A DNA stretch of 61,947 nt from the NCBI RefSeq assembly GCF_001194135.2, contig NC_068987.1, positions 96,802,274 through 96,864,220 of the forward strand, written 5' to 3'. Within the stretch, counting starts at the first letter, position 1; the number at the start of each line of letters is the position of its first letter. This document shows positions 14,884 through 26,800 of the stretch, in pieces. This DNA comes from Octopus bimaculoides (Eukaryota). The notes beneath the pieces are model-generated. The model was not told the origin of the DNA and made no database searches. It was given only the letters and a program-made list of their open reading frames with translations. Both the position numbers and the translations under genes were made by a program.

Positions 14884-15702
14884 TATTGATGTTAACGATA
14901 ATGAAGTGATTTGCTGACCAGACTCTGAGAACTTGATTTTTATTTTTTTATGGATTTCAACTATGAAAATGTTTATAGGACTTGCCTCCCTTAATAAATT
15001 CTTCAATGTGATTTATATATTTTCTGGGGGTAACCTTAACATTCCCCATCTGATTATATCTTCACAAAATAAAAGTATTTCTCTAATAATGTTCTTCGTT
15101 TTATGTCTGATATTATATACCACTGGTCACAATGTGCTTCCTTGCATTGTTGTAGCTTTCGAATGATGCCACTCGACTGGCTTGGTGGGGCAGGCCGACA
15201 TTCCCTCTGAAAGGGACCCCAATATGTTGCAGGGTTACCTATTTACAGCTGATTAGACTGGAGCAACATGAAATGAAGTGTCTTGCTCAAGGACACAGTA
15301 TACCACTTCTTGGTGAATTGAAACCATGATTTTGCAATCATATGTGCAGCACCCAAACCGCTAGGCCACTAAATTAATTCATTTCTTTTACTTGAAGTCT
15401 CTGGCAATTTGTTCTTGCTGGACTGAATCCATTACCTGATTAGAAACCCTTCACTTATATTGTTAGTATAGTGTTTAGGGTGTTGGGCTCATGATCATAA
15501 TGTTGTGGGTTTGATTCCTGGGCCTGGTGCTGCATTGTCCTTGAACAAGCACTTTCTTTACACCACTCAAGTTTACTTAGCTGAAAATGAGTACCAGCAC
15601 TAATGCTGGTGTAGCTCTTACCTTCCACTTGTCACATCCTGCTGGGTCAATAGATAGGTTGGCCAAGAGGATGTCAATGTCTAGTTGTGACTACATAAGT
15701 AC

Positions 15703-18700
15703 CTCCTACAATTATTAACAATAGCTTGGAATATTCTTCTAGGTCAGATTCACTGGCTAGAGACAGCTATGGGTTTTTTAAAAAAAATATATTTTGGAAT
15801 GACAGGAATGTTAGAACTTCTATTTTAGGTGTTAAGACAGTTTAACAAATGGTTACCCAATCTATAACTATTTCTGTCATTACACTCCTGTAAGTGGGGA
15901 AAGAACTGGATATTTTACAAATATATGTCCTCTTTTCCTTTTTGTCTAATATAGTTACTCTCATATCAACTATAATGGGCTCTTCACTTACTGGAAATAG
16001 CAACAAAATCTTTTTGAAATTGCATTCTTCCATCTTAAATAAGGAAAGAACACATTAATGTCATCATCATCGTTTAACGGCCGCTTTCCATGCTGGCATG
16101 GTTTGACCGAGGACTGGCAAGCCAGGAGGCTGCACCAGGCTCCAATCTGATCTGGCTAAGTTTCTACAGCTAGATGCCCTTCCTAACACCAACCACTCCA
16201 AGGGTGTAGTGGGCGGTTTTTATGTGCCACTGGCACGGGACCAGTCTGGTGGCACATACGATTATAAGACAGCATGATCATTGCTGGCATACCTTTTGAT
16301 CATGTTTCTTGTATCATTGTTGACCTCAGTTAACCTTTCTGATACCATCCTACCTGAAACTGCCCCTGGCTCTGATATAAACTTCCGGTTTTAAAGTGAT
16401 CTAAATTAAAACCTTCCATCAAAATTTCACGTCAATTTATGTTCATATGGTAACAAAAGGGTTAACCAACCAGTATGTGACTAAGCTTACTGCAAAAATT
16501 CCCTGGATATTTTTTTGTGTGCAGGGCTCAATGGAATTTGTGGCGTTCATGCATTTCTCAAAGCATTGTTTAGTGGTTCAGTTATAATTGAAAATAGCAA
16601 GCAGTGTGAAAGTTGGTTCAGTGTGTGTGTGTGCTTTATATAATATTCATCATCATTTAACGTCTGCTTTCCATGCTAGCATGGGTTGGACGATTTGACT
16701 GAAGACTGGTGAAACCGGATGGCTGCACCAGGCTCCAGTCTGATCTGGCAGAGTTTCTACAGCTGGATGCCCTAAAGACAATAGTTTCTCAGTCCAGAAA
16801 AATTCCTGGTTCTTATTTCAGGTTTCCTTGGGATTAAACAGATGATGTATACACATATATACTTACATAATGGGCTTCCACACAGTTACCTTCTACCAAA
16901 TTCACTTACAAGGCATTAGTCAACCTGGGTCTATAGAAGAAGAAACTTGCCCAAGGAGTTGTAGAATGGGACTGAACCTGAAATGTGTTGCAAAGTGAAC
17001 TTTTTAACAATGCATTCATGCCTGACCACTACACAATGTCAGGGCTGACCTGGGGCTGCACAACAACTTAGAGTTACACACTTTTTTGGCCTCTAGTTTA
17101 GCAGAAATTTATGATAATCTCTTTGTGGTTGCTCAAACCTGATAGAACTACAGTAAAACTCAAATCTTACCATACAGTCTGGAATGGTATTCATGTTTTC
17201 AAGTCAACAGTGCTATCTTTACAGAGTTGCTTGATTTGTGAGTAAAGTTCCTTTTCAAACCACATTCTCTTTCCCTAGAACAAAGAGAGAGAGAGAAAAA
17301 AAGCAGAAATAACTTCCTACTGTAGGAACAAGGCATGGAATTTTGGGGATGGTCAATTACATCAACTCAAGTTATTGATTAACTGGCACTTATTTCATTG
17401 ACCTTGAAAGGATAATGGCAAAGTTGACCTCAGCAGAATTTGAAATCAGAATGGAAAGACAGACGAAATTCCATTAAGCATTTTGTCTGACGTGCTAATG
17501 ATTCTGTCAGGTTGCTGCCTTGGAAGTATTAAGTAGCATAAGATATATTGCACTTGAAAATAATATGGGATGTAACCATTTTGATGAATTAGATTTGTTC
17601 AATTGAGGCTGACCTGAGACTAAATTACAAGCTATGTTACTGGTGTGAATCACCATGATACAGATAACTATCAATATTTCAGATAGTTTCCAGTCCGTCA
17701 TGTCAGGTTACTTTTTTTCAACTACAACTTTAATCTGTATGTTCTCCCCTGTCATTGGCTATTCACCAATATATAAAAATTTTTATTCCTGAGAAAAGAT
17801 ATTAAAAAAAAAAAATAATCAAACTTAGCCCAAACATCCTGTACTCCCTGTTACGTGGATTTAGCCATTGAGTACCAGATGTTTGACCACGCACTTCAGT
17901 TAGGGTTTGAGCTACAAGTTCTTGTTTAGTTATGTAGTGTACTACCAAACCGGCCATCCATATTCCTTGAACTTGCAAATTCAGTAGCTAGATTTATCTC
18001 CCAAATCCCTACATGACTGTAGTTTAGAAGTCTGCTTCCGGGTTCGATATCACTCCCGAGCACCTTGAACAAATGCTCTTTTAACTATACATTGTGAAAG
18101 CAATATGGTATACGAAACTACAGAAATCACCCACGGAAAATAAATTAGTGGTCACACGACTAAAGGGAGGTGACTCTAAAATGTCAACTCGTTAAAAATG
18201 AACATCAGTACTAGTATCGAGATAATTTAGGAAAACCCTTGAAAGCCGTGCTCCAGTATAACCCAGACCCCAAACAGGAAATCCTGCGAGTAAAGACTAC
18301 AATCCCAAGTTCGTGGTTCATAGCCACAGTATCGTCATTAAGGCACAGAAACTTAAAACCATGAAAAATAGCTGCTCTTTTGATACGATTATATTTTCGT
18401 ACTAGAAATATATCGAGGAATAAGAAACAACAGGAGGACGATCAGAAACCGAAAGGCTGTGTCGATGTAAGAAAAAAATTTCAATCTTTTAAGTTGAGAT
18501 TATTTGTTCGAAAGTGGAGGCGCAATGGCCCAGTGGACTCGCAGTTTCAATTCCCAGACCGGGCGTTGTGAGTGTTTATTGAGCGAAAACACCTAAAGCC
18601 CCACGAGGTTCCGGCATGGGATGGTGGCGAACCCTGCTGTACTCTTCCACCACAACTTTCTCTCACTCTTACTTCCCGTTTCTGTTGTGCCTGTAATTCA

Positions 18701-18990
18701 AAGGGTCAGCCTTGTCACACTGAATATCCCCGAGAATTACGTTAAGGGTACACGTGTCTGTGGAGTGCTCAGCCACTTTCACGAGCAGGCTGTTCCGTTG
18801 ATCGGATCAACTGGAACCCTCGACGTCGTGCCAATAATTTGTTCGAAAAACGATAATCATAGAAACAATAATACATTATCATCATTATTTTGACTTCCAC
18901 TTCTCCATGCTTGTACAATTTTTTGAGGCATATTTTCTTCAGCCGGACGCTTTTCATATCGCTCACCTTCACTAGTTTCCTAAGCAAGAT
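15703..18990 (-). pseudogene. Candidate unannotated multi-exon gene or pseudogene (putative exons ending 18967; 17788-17654; 17274-17171; 16033-15857; 15766-15703)
   Basis: Several consensus-quality splice pairs in non-repeat sequence; 59-codon open phase-0 exon; hydrophobic N-terminus; one-base frame break in the 104-nt exon. No recognisable homology. Confidence 0.3.
18514..18836 (+). mobile_element. tRNA-derived SINE (GGAGGCGCAATGG head family) with 12-bp TSD
   Basis: atttgttcgaaa at 18502-18513 and 18837-18848; internal deletions relative to other copies. Confidence 0.9.
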
Positions 18991-21434
18991 AATATTTTAC
19001 TTAATCTTTCGAATATGAATCGCACAGTAGTCAGATACATTTTTCACAGATTTCAATTGAACGACACCAATGACGTATGTTGACAACTGTTGTAAAATAC
19101 TGACGCACAAACATACACATATATACACACACACACACGATAGGTTTCTTTTATGAAATCCATTCACCAGGCTTTTGATAGACTGGAGCTATAGTAGAGA
19201 ACACCCGTCGACGATATTGCGTAATAAGGAAGCAAACCTTTCTACTACACTGTCGTTCCTTCAGTCAGTCTCTAGCTGTTGCTAAAAAAAAAAAAAGGTT
19301 AGCTGGTCTAATTAGCTTTTCCAGCCATGACCATCCCATCTTTGCAGTTAAGGCGTAATTTGAGGGAGATATAGCTGTCATTTCTAACAGATCGAGTGAC
19401 TATAGAGAACAGGCATGGGCAACCCTTTCTCCAAGAAAAAGGCTGCATGAGACCTGGTTCATTATCAGGTAGGTTAGCTACCAAAAATATTCAAGGTAAT
19501 TTTTCATTACGGGTGTCATTCAAGTCATACGGGCCACAGATTGCCCACGACTGAAGAAGCTCTCCCAATGGTTTCAAATTTTGGCAAAATGCCAGAAATT
19601 TTAATGGTGGGGGCATTAGTCTATCACATCCACCCCAGTACTCTGCTACTTATTTTCTTGAAACCCAAAAGGTAAAGTCAACCATGGTAGAATTTGAGCT
19701 CGGAACATAGTTGGTGAGCAGAAATACTGCAAAGCATCTTGTCTGAGGCTACAAAAATTCCACCTGCTCATTGCCTTGCATTGAGATATTGATAGCATTT
19801 CCAAGTTCTTGATTTGTGGTACACTGCTATGTTTTAACATGATGGCCAGGTGATCACATTTAACTTTACCTGTGCTGAGGAACAAGCAACCTAGCTTACT
19901 TTGCTCCAATGTGACTGAACAAAAACAGACTCATTCCTGATTAGCAGTCAATGGTGGAAGCTTTTACACAGTTATTCAATCTGCTAGACATGACATTATG
20001 TCCAACATACTTCTAAAAAGATGGGTTGGTTATGGCAAGAATAATCTTGATCACAGCTCTGCTCAATGAGGGTTGTTTTGGCTCTAAACTGCTGCTAGAT
20101 GAACATAAACCAACCCAGGATGGAAATATTGCAAATGTTGCTTTGTAATTGAAAATATTCATTTTTAATTAGTAAGTACCCACTTTTTAAAAAAATAAAT
20201 TTCAGTTAGACCAATGCTCATTATAATTTGTAGGCCTTAACAAACTGGTGAAATATTTAATTTTCCTGACAATTAATATGACATCAGCTCAGAGGTCAAA
20301 GTGAAAGTCTTCATGTAGGTGCTCTGACCTGCTGGAAAAAAGTCAAATCTCACCACTGAATTAAAAAGGATGGACGATCTGACTGAGGACTGGTAAGCCA
20401 GAAGGCTGTACTAGGCTCCAATCTGATCTGGTAAGGTTTCTACAGCTGGATGCCCCTCCTAACGCAAACCACTCCACATTTGGAGTGGTTGGCGTTAAGA
20501 AAGGCATCCTACTGTAGAAACCTTGCCAGATCAGATTGGAACCTGGTGTAGCCTTCTGGCTTGCCAGTCCTCAGTCAAACTGTCCAACCTATGCCAGCAT
20601 GGAAAATGGACGTTAAATGATGACACTAGACAACAGTCCCTGATATACAAAAAAGACTGAAACAGCTAGAATGGCTGCATGGTTAAGAAATGTGCCTTGT
20701 AGCTAGATGGTGTCCGGTCACCTCATTGCACAACTTTTTGGGTGTCTTCTATAGTACTGCACAAATGCCTTGTGAGTAAATTTGGTACATGAAAAATTCT
20801 GTTGTATATTCATGTCTGAATGTTCATTCACACGACTGACTCCCAAACATAAGCTGATGACAGCAAGAGCACCCAGTTGTAAAATCTTGCCTCATATAGG
20901 TCCCTGTCTAACCCATGGAACCAGGGAAGAAAAACAAACATTTCGTCAATTCAACGCCCACTTTTCTACACTTGCATGGGTCAGATCAAACTTGTCAGAT
21001 GGATTTTCACAGCCATATTCCCTTCCAGTAACCAACCCTCACCCATTTCCGAGTAAGGTATTAATTCCCCATGGCTAGACTTCTTCATGGAAGATTAGAA
21101 GCGAAAAATTTATACGACTGTGACACTTGTTTACAATAATCATGCAATGTCAAGGCAAGGAGACAGATATACACACACACAATTGGCTTCTAATGAATGA
21201 AAGATGAAGTAGGCCCTTGCACTGAAGACCACAAAATAATTGAATGCTGCAAGGACATTTAGCCATCCAAGCACCTGATCTTTTATCACCTCAACACTTA
21301 TGGATATTATGACACAACATATAGAAAGCAGATAACAATTTATCCTTTGAAGTCTTATTTCCAACATCAAATACACAAAGATTTCCAACAGCTATCAAAA
21401 AGCCAAGACAGCCAATCTGTTAACATAAATGCCT

Positions 21435-21440
21435 TTTATT
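21435..21440 (-). terminator. Candidate ATF4 poly(A) signal
   Basis: AATAAA on minus strand ~380 nt after the stop, followed by a GU/U-rich tract. Confidence 0.55.
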
Positions 21441-21817
21441 TCTATTTATGATATCATAGTACACAAATGAATAATATAGAATATTAAGGAGTGATGAGAG
21501 AGAGAAAAAAAAATTTAATTCACCAATTTTAAATTAAAAATTCATTAAGTAATGGGTATAATGTTCAGTTCTTACAATGCACATTAGTATTGGTGTGAAT
21601 TAGTTGAACCATTACCAAAAAAAAAAGATGAAAACAAACTAAAATGGTCCACTAGTATATATGTAATGTTCATAATGACTACTAATTTATTTTAACAAAG
21701 CAAAACTTCACATAAATAATAATAATAATAATAAAAAAAATCAAAAACACCAAACTAATGTGATCATAGTAGTTTCTAGCACAGCGCAGGGTGCAGTGGC
21801 TGTGATGGTAACAAGCT

Positions 21818-22743
21818 CTAACAGTGCCGAGATGACTTCGACCTTGCTTTCTTCACCTCTTCCATCAAGTTAGCCACATACCTGATCTCTCTTTCCAAGT
21901 CTTCAACCTTTTCTTTCAATCTTGCATTCTCTCTTAACAGTTCCTCCTCTTCACCAAGTCTTATCTTGGCCTCAGCTTTCATCTTTTGCCGATACCGAAT
22001 GGCAGCATTTTTGTTCTGGAGCCTCTTCCTCTCTTTCTTGCTTAGTTGTTGCTGTTCTACCCCTGCAGTGCTATCGTACGGCAACGGTGATGATGACGGT
22101 GATGATGGTAACTCGGTACTTTTGCTGTCTGAATTATATGGACTGTGGCGGTTGTTATTCTTTGTATGACACGACTTAGATCCCTTAACTTTTCCATGAA
22201 ACTTTTCTGGCTGTGGAGAGTCTGAGAGTATCTCTGGTTGTGGGAAGGGAGAGGGAAGTATTTCTAGTGAAAAGGGAGAGCCAGTGGTGCTTGAAGGAGA
22301 ACTATCAAGATAAGAGTCAGTTCCTGAATCGCTAGGTGAAGGTGAAAGGGCATTTGCAATTCCTGAATCGCCAAGTGAAGATGAAAAGGCATCTGAACTG
22401 TCACTTTCACATTTCATTAATCCCATGTTGCTTGCCAACAGCCCATCTACACTGACTTGCTGCGGCAAATCTGTGCAGGGCTGCACTGGCTTGGCCTGAA
22501 GGTCATTTGTTGTCACACCAGGATTAAGTACGCTTTCTAAATCATGGCATGATAATGGTGAAGACATAAGTTCTTCATAGCTTTGGTGATCAAAGGATGC
22601 AAATGTTTCCACATCCTGGCTCAGTTGAAGAGGTGAGTAGTCAAGGATAGAATCACCCAGAGAATACATATTTCTGCTACTGACATTGCTGACAGAGGCA
22701 GTAAAATCAGACGGTAAAGCTTCTTTATCGTAAAGAAATATAT
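21818..22743 (-). CDS. ATF4: ATF4/CREB2-type bZIP transcription factor, last coding exon (exon 4)
   Basis: Acceptor tctttctttacag| at 22744; open frame to TAG at 21818-21820; C-terminal basic region and zipper KKERKRLQNKNAAIRYRQK...LKEKVEDLEREIRYVANLMEEVKKARSK typical of ATF4/ATF5; Ser/Pro-rich middle with DSGTDS degron. Confidence 0.93.
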
Positions 22744-22920
22744 CTGTAAAGAAAGAAAGAAAAGAGTGTCAGTGCATGTAATGTTACAGTGAATAAAAGA
22801 GCAATTTTATATAAAAATAAGAACCTAATACTAATTAAGAGACTGACAATTAGACAAGTATCTATATATATATATATAGCAATGCTTCTATGAATACAAC
22901 TCGATCTTGTTTAAGAAACT

Positions 22921-23278
22921 TGTTGGCACTCCATCGCCTACGACGTTCAGGGTTCCAGTTGATCCGATCAATGGAACAGCCTGCTCGTGAAATTAACGTG
23001 CAAGTGGCTCTGCACTCCACACACACATGTACCCTCAACGTAATTCTCGGGGATATTCAGCGTGACAAGGCTGACACTTTGAATTACAGGCACAACAGAA
23101 ACAGGAAGTAAGAGTGAGAGAAAGTTGTGGTGGAAGAGTACAGCAGGGTTCGCCACTATCCCCTGCTGGAGCTTCGTGGAGCTTTAGGTGTTTTCGCTCA
23201 ATAAACACTCACAACGCCCAGTCTGGGAATCAAAACCACGAGTCCGCTGCCCTAACCACTGGGCCATTGCGCCTCCAC
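22921..23278 (-). mobile_element. Same tRNA-derived SINE family, in ATF4 intron 3, 13-bp TSD
   Basis: tgtttaagaaact at 22908-22920 and 23279-23291; A-box TGGCCCAGTGG. Confidence 0.92.
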
Positions 23279-23723
23279 TGTTTAAGAAACTAGGTAAAGA
23301 ATATACTATGTTAGCAGATACTTAACTGTATTTTAATCGCTTCAGTGCTTTTCTATAAATTCTTTTTAACTCAACTAATGTTAGCAAGTAAGCCTTGCTG
23401 AAAATCTAGCTAAACTGAAAACTCTTCCCCGAATGATCAATGCTTTATCTTTTACACAATCATGTCAAATCCAATAGCATTCAAGTTATGTGCAATTATC
23501 CTATCTCAAATTATTTTATATGAGCTGTTAATTTTATTACATTAACAGAAGACAAAAAATTCACAACTATAATTAACATCTTTTAAGCCAAAGAATCTAT
23601 AGAGTCTGATGTGTTACTATCTTAAATATGCTTTCATGTAATGCATAAAAAAAAGCCCTGTCAAAGCCTGAATTTCTTGCATTGTTTGTTACAACAGCTA
23701 AGCAGTTGGTCTAAAGAACTTAC

Positions 23724-23895
23724 CTAAGTCATTCACCCTTTCGTCAAGAAAGGATTTTGAATCTGACAAAGAATCAACAAAAGTACCGATGTCCATTAGG
23801 TCACCTTTCATCAAACTCGTACCCAGTTTTCCCTCGCCCAACCAGTCGAGTCCGGAATCGCTCAGTTCCATATCCATGTTTCTTTCGGTTATCAT
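23724..23895 (-). CDS. ATF4: ATF4 first coding part of exon 3 (exon 23724-23948)
   Basis: MITERNMDMELSDSGLDWLGEG...VNDL-G|gtaagt phase-1 donor joins exon 4 (G|AT=Asp) in frame, giving 365 aa from 23895 or 359 aa from the better-Kozak AUG at 23877. Confidence 0.85.
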
Positions 23896-26800
23896 CTATA
23901 TGAGATATTTCGGTGGCAAATGCCAAAACGCAAACATATTGAAGAGACCTGCAATAAAGAAAAAGTCAGTTTGAATAAACTATGATAAAAAAACAATGCA
24001 ATGACAACATTAAAAAGAAAATCTTTCTCTTGCAATCCAATCCTGAAAACTTGGTCTCAATATTCCCCACACACGTTACTGTAAACATTTTCCAGCAGCA
24101 CAGTAATAATTAAAAGCCAATACAATTACACAAGTTTAATGAATGCACTCACCTCCATTGATGCCAGACGAGAAATATTTTACTAAACCAGCTAAAATGG
24201 CAGTTGGGAAACATGTTCGAATCACTATTAAGGAAACAACAATATCAGATGGGGAGCGAAGAAGAATTTCTACAAAGAATCGGCAAATCTTCAAAGAGTT
24301 GTTCGCAGCAACAGAACAATTGTTCTCGATTGGAAGCAGATGCAATGTAATTAATAATATAGCCAAAGGGAAACTACTCTTAAGAGTTCTGAAAACTAAA
24401 TACAAATATGGTGACACCTTACGCTTATGAACAAAGGGGAGCCACGTCAAGGTTCCTTTGTTGGACTTTTGTTTTTTGTCAAAAGTGTTATTTGCTAACG
24501 TAGTGTCTTCGTTAAAAGACATATCGACATGTTGCAAGCGTCATCATACATTGCTTATATCGACGACACTATTGAGAGAAACATCAGCATCACGGCTTCG
24601 AAATTATCTGACGTGGAGCACTTCGAAGATTTTCTTTTTAAATCCAATAAATCGACCCCAGTAATTATTCTATCGATTTTTTGCCGAACCGGCAGGTTAA
24701 GGGGAACGTAAACAAACCAACACCGGTTTTCAAGCGGTAGGAGTAAGTAAGCAGATGCATCTAACTATTCACGACGAACTTTTCATAGTTTCCGTCTACC
24801 AAATTCACTCAGTCCGGGGCTGTAGCAGAAGACACTTGCCCAAGGTAGCGCGCAGAGGGACTGAACCCGGAACTACGTGGTCGCAAAGCGAGCCTTTCAA
24901 CATTATTTCACAGCGTAGGCTACCTTATCATTGGCGAAACACACACACTATCTTGTCAGTAAAGTTAAATATAAATCAACAGACGAGCACACAGACACGC
25001 GTACTACTCCCTCCCACCTCCATATTGAATGACGAACAAAACATTCCATTCAAGCCAGAGAGCCCATTATTTTCAGAACCAAACAGCCTTTTTGATATTA
25101 TTAATTGATGATATCCAACATTACTTGAGCTAGTTGGCCTAAATCACACGCTAGATATTATACAATTACACGTGTCTAAATATATTCTCGAGTGTAGTGA
25201 GAGAGGGAGGCGATCATAACATTTATCATTCATGCGAAGATAGGAATTAAGATTGGTTCATTTCGTTTATTGTACTTTATCTTCTGTGAATTTTTACTTT
25301 AGTTTGGTTCCAGATTACTTCTCTCCTTAAGTAGACATATGCTTAGTGTTGTCATCCAAACTAAATTTTTAGAAACGACATCCAACATATCATTCCGTTT
25401 TTAAGATAAGGTGATGAGGGTTGAAAGCGACTCGTAGGTCGAGCAACTTCGTAGATCAGTTGTGTTAGTTGATTGTAACTGAATAACAGTATCTAATGAA
25501 ATTGACTGCAAAAATAGATACAGGCATGGCTGTATCGTTTAATTAGTACGCTTCCCAATTGCTGTTCCAGGTTTGATCGTACCCAGAAGAAATCTTAAAT
25601 TGCTCGTAAGTATTAGATTTAGTCCGTCGTCCGGTTTAACACTACAACTTGGAATAGCTTCGGCGGAATATACTCTAATTGCAAGCACTATGTACCAGGC
25701 CTCTCCGCTTCGAGTATATAATCAATGAACTGAGCTTCTTTCGTAAAGGTCATGGAACCTGTCCTACCGCGTGTGACGTAGCCATACCCATATAAGTGTG
25801 TCCCTCGACTTTCTAAACTTTTAGAAAAAAATTGCTATTTTTTAAATGAAATTGTCTACAATAATTTTAAGATGCGGTAGATTACGATTAAATCAGAATA
25901 AAAAAAAAATGTGGCGGTGCGCACATACATATTGACACACCACTATACGGGCTTCGCATTCCGCTTTGTTTCCCTTTTATAGTAATTACACATTGTTTTA
26001 AAATGATTTTAATTCAGCATTCATTATATAAGCACATCATGTATAATAAAAACCAAAGACAAGTTAATTCCGCTCAGTAAATGCGAAAACTAAAAGCAGT
26101 CCATTCGAAACTATCTTTTTAAAGGGTTCAAGCAAATTGCCATTCCGATTTTCAAGTATGATAGAAATAATAGCGTTGGCTATTATTTCTAGCAGATCAA
26201 ATGATCACGTAAAGACTTTTGTAGGTCAACCTTAATCGAACAGAGCATAGATCAAAACCACGCCACCCAGTATGTCCCTTTTTTAAAACGGCTGAGTGAG
26301 ATCTGGTTATTTCAAGCAAGTCGAATGACCCTCAAGAGGCTCTCTCAGATCCTAGGAACTTTATATTAAAATCCATATTTTCAGGCCATTATTTACGTCT
26401 ATTCTTCTTGGATTTTTATAAACAGGAGATTAAAACGTATTACAACTCAGAAAAGCCAATCCCATACACACAAACCGAATATAAAAACCTTTAAATGCCT
26501 AACATCCTCAAAAATCATACAGACAAGCACTAGCTGAACATTAAAACGAATATTGACAATCATTCTTTGATTTTATCGACGACTAGATTAATTTATTGAA
26601 CCCCCAACCACAAAAAAGAAAAAAGAAAAAGAAATCATGTGTTTGGCTGACAAAGTGAAGTCATTAACTTTGCAGGAACGACACGTGTGCAAGGCAACTA
26701 ACAGTTCAACCCAAATCAGTTCGTCTGTATTACTGAAAGCCTGTATCACAGGACATTAACCTGTACATTTCACATACACACTATACAAGACAGAGAGATG

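Noticed and set aside
24136-24537. 133-aa minus ORF and 95-aa plus ORF (24143-24430) upstream of ATF4 coding exons
   Set aside because: No recognisable domain; they overlap intron 1/exon 2 and cross a splice donor; better explained as chance ORFs.
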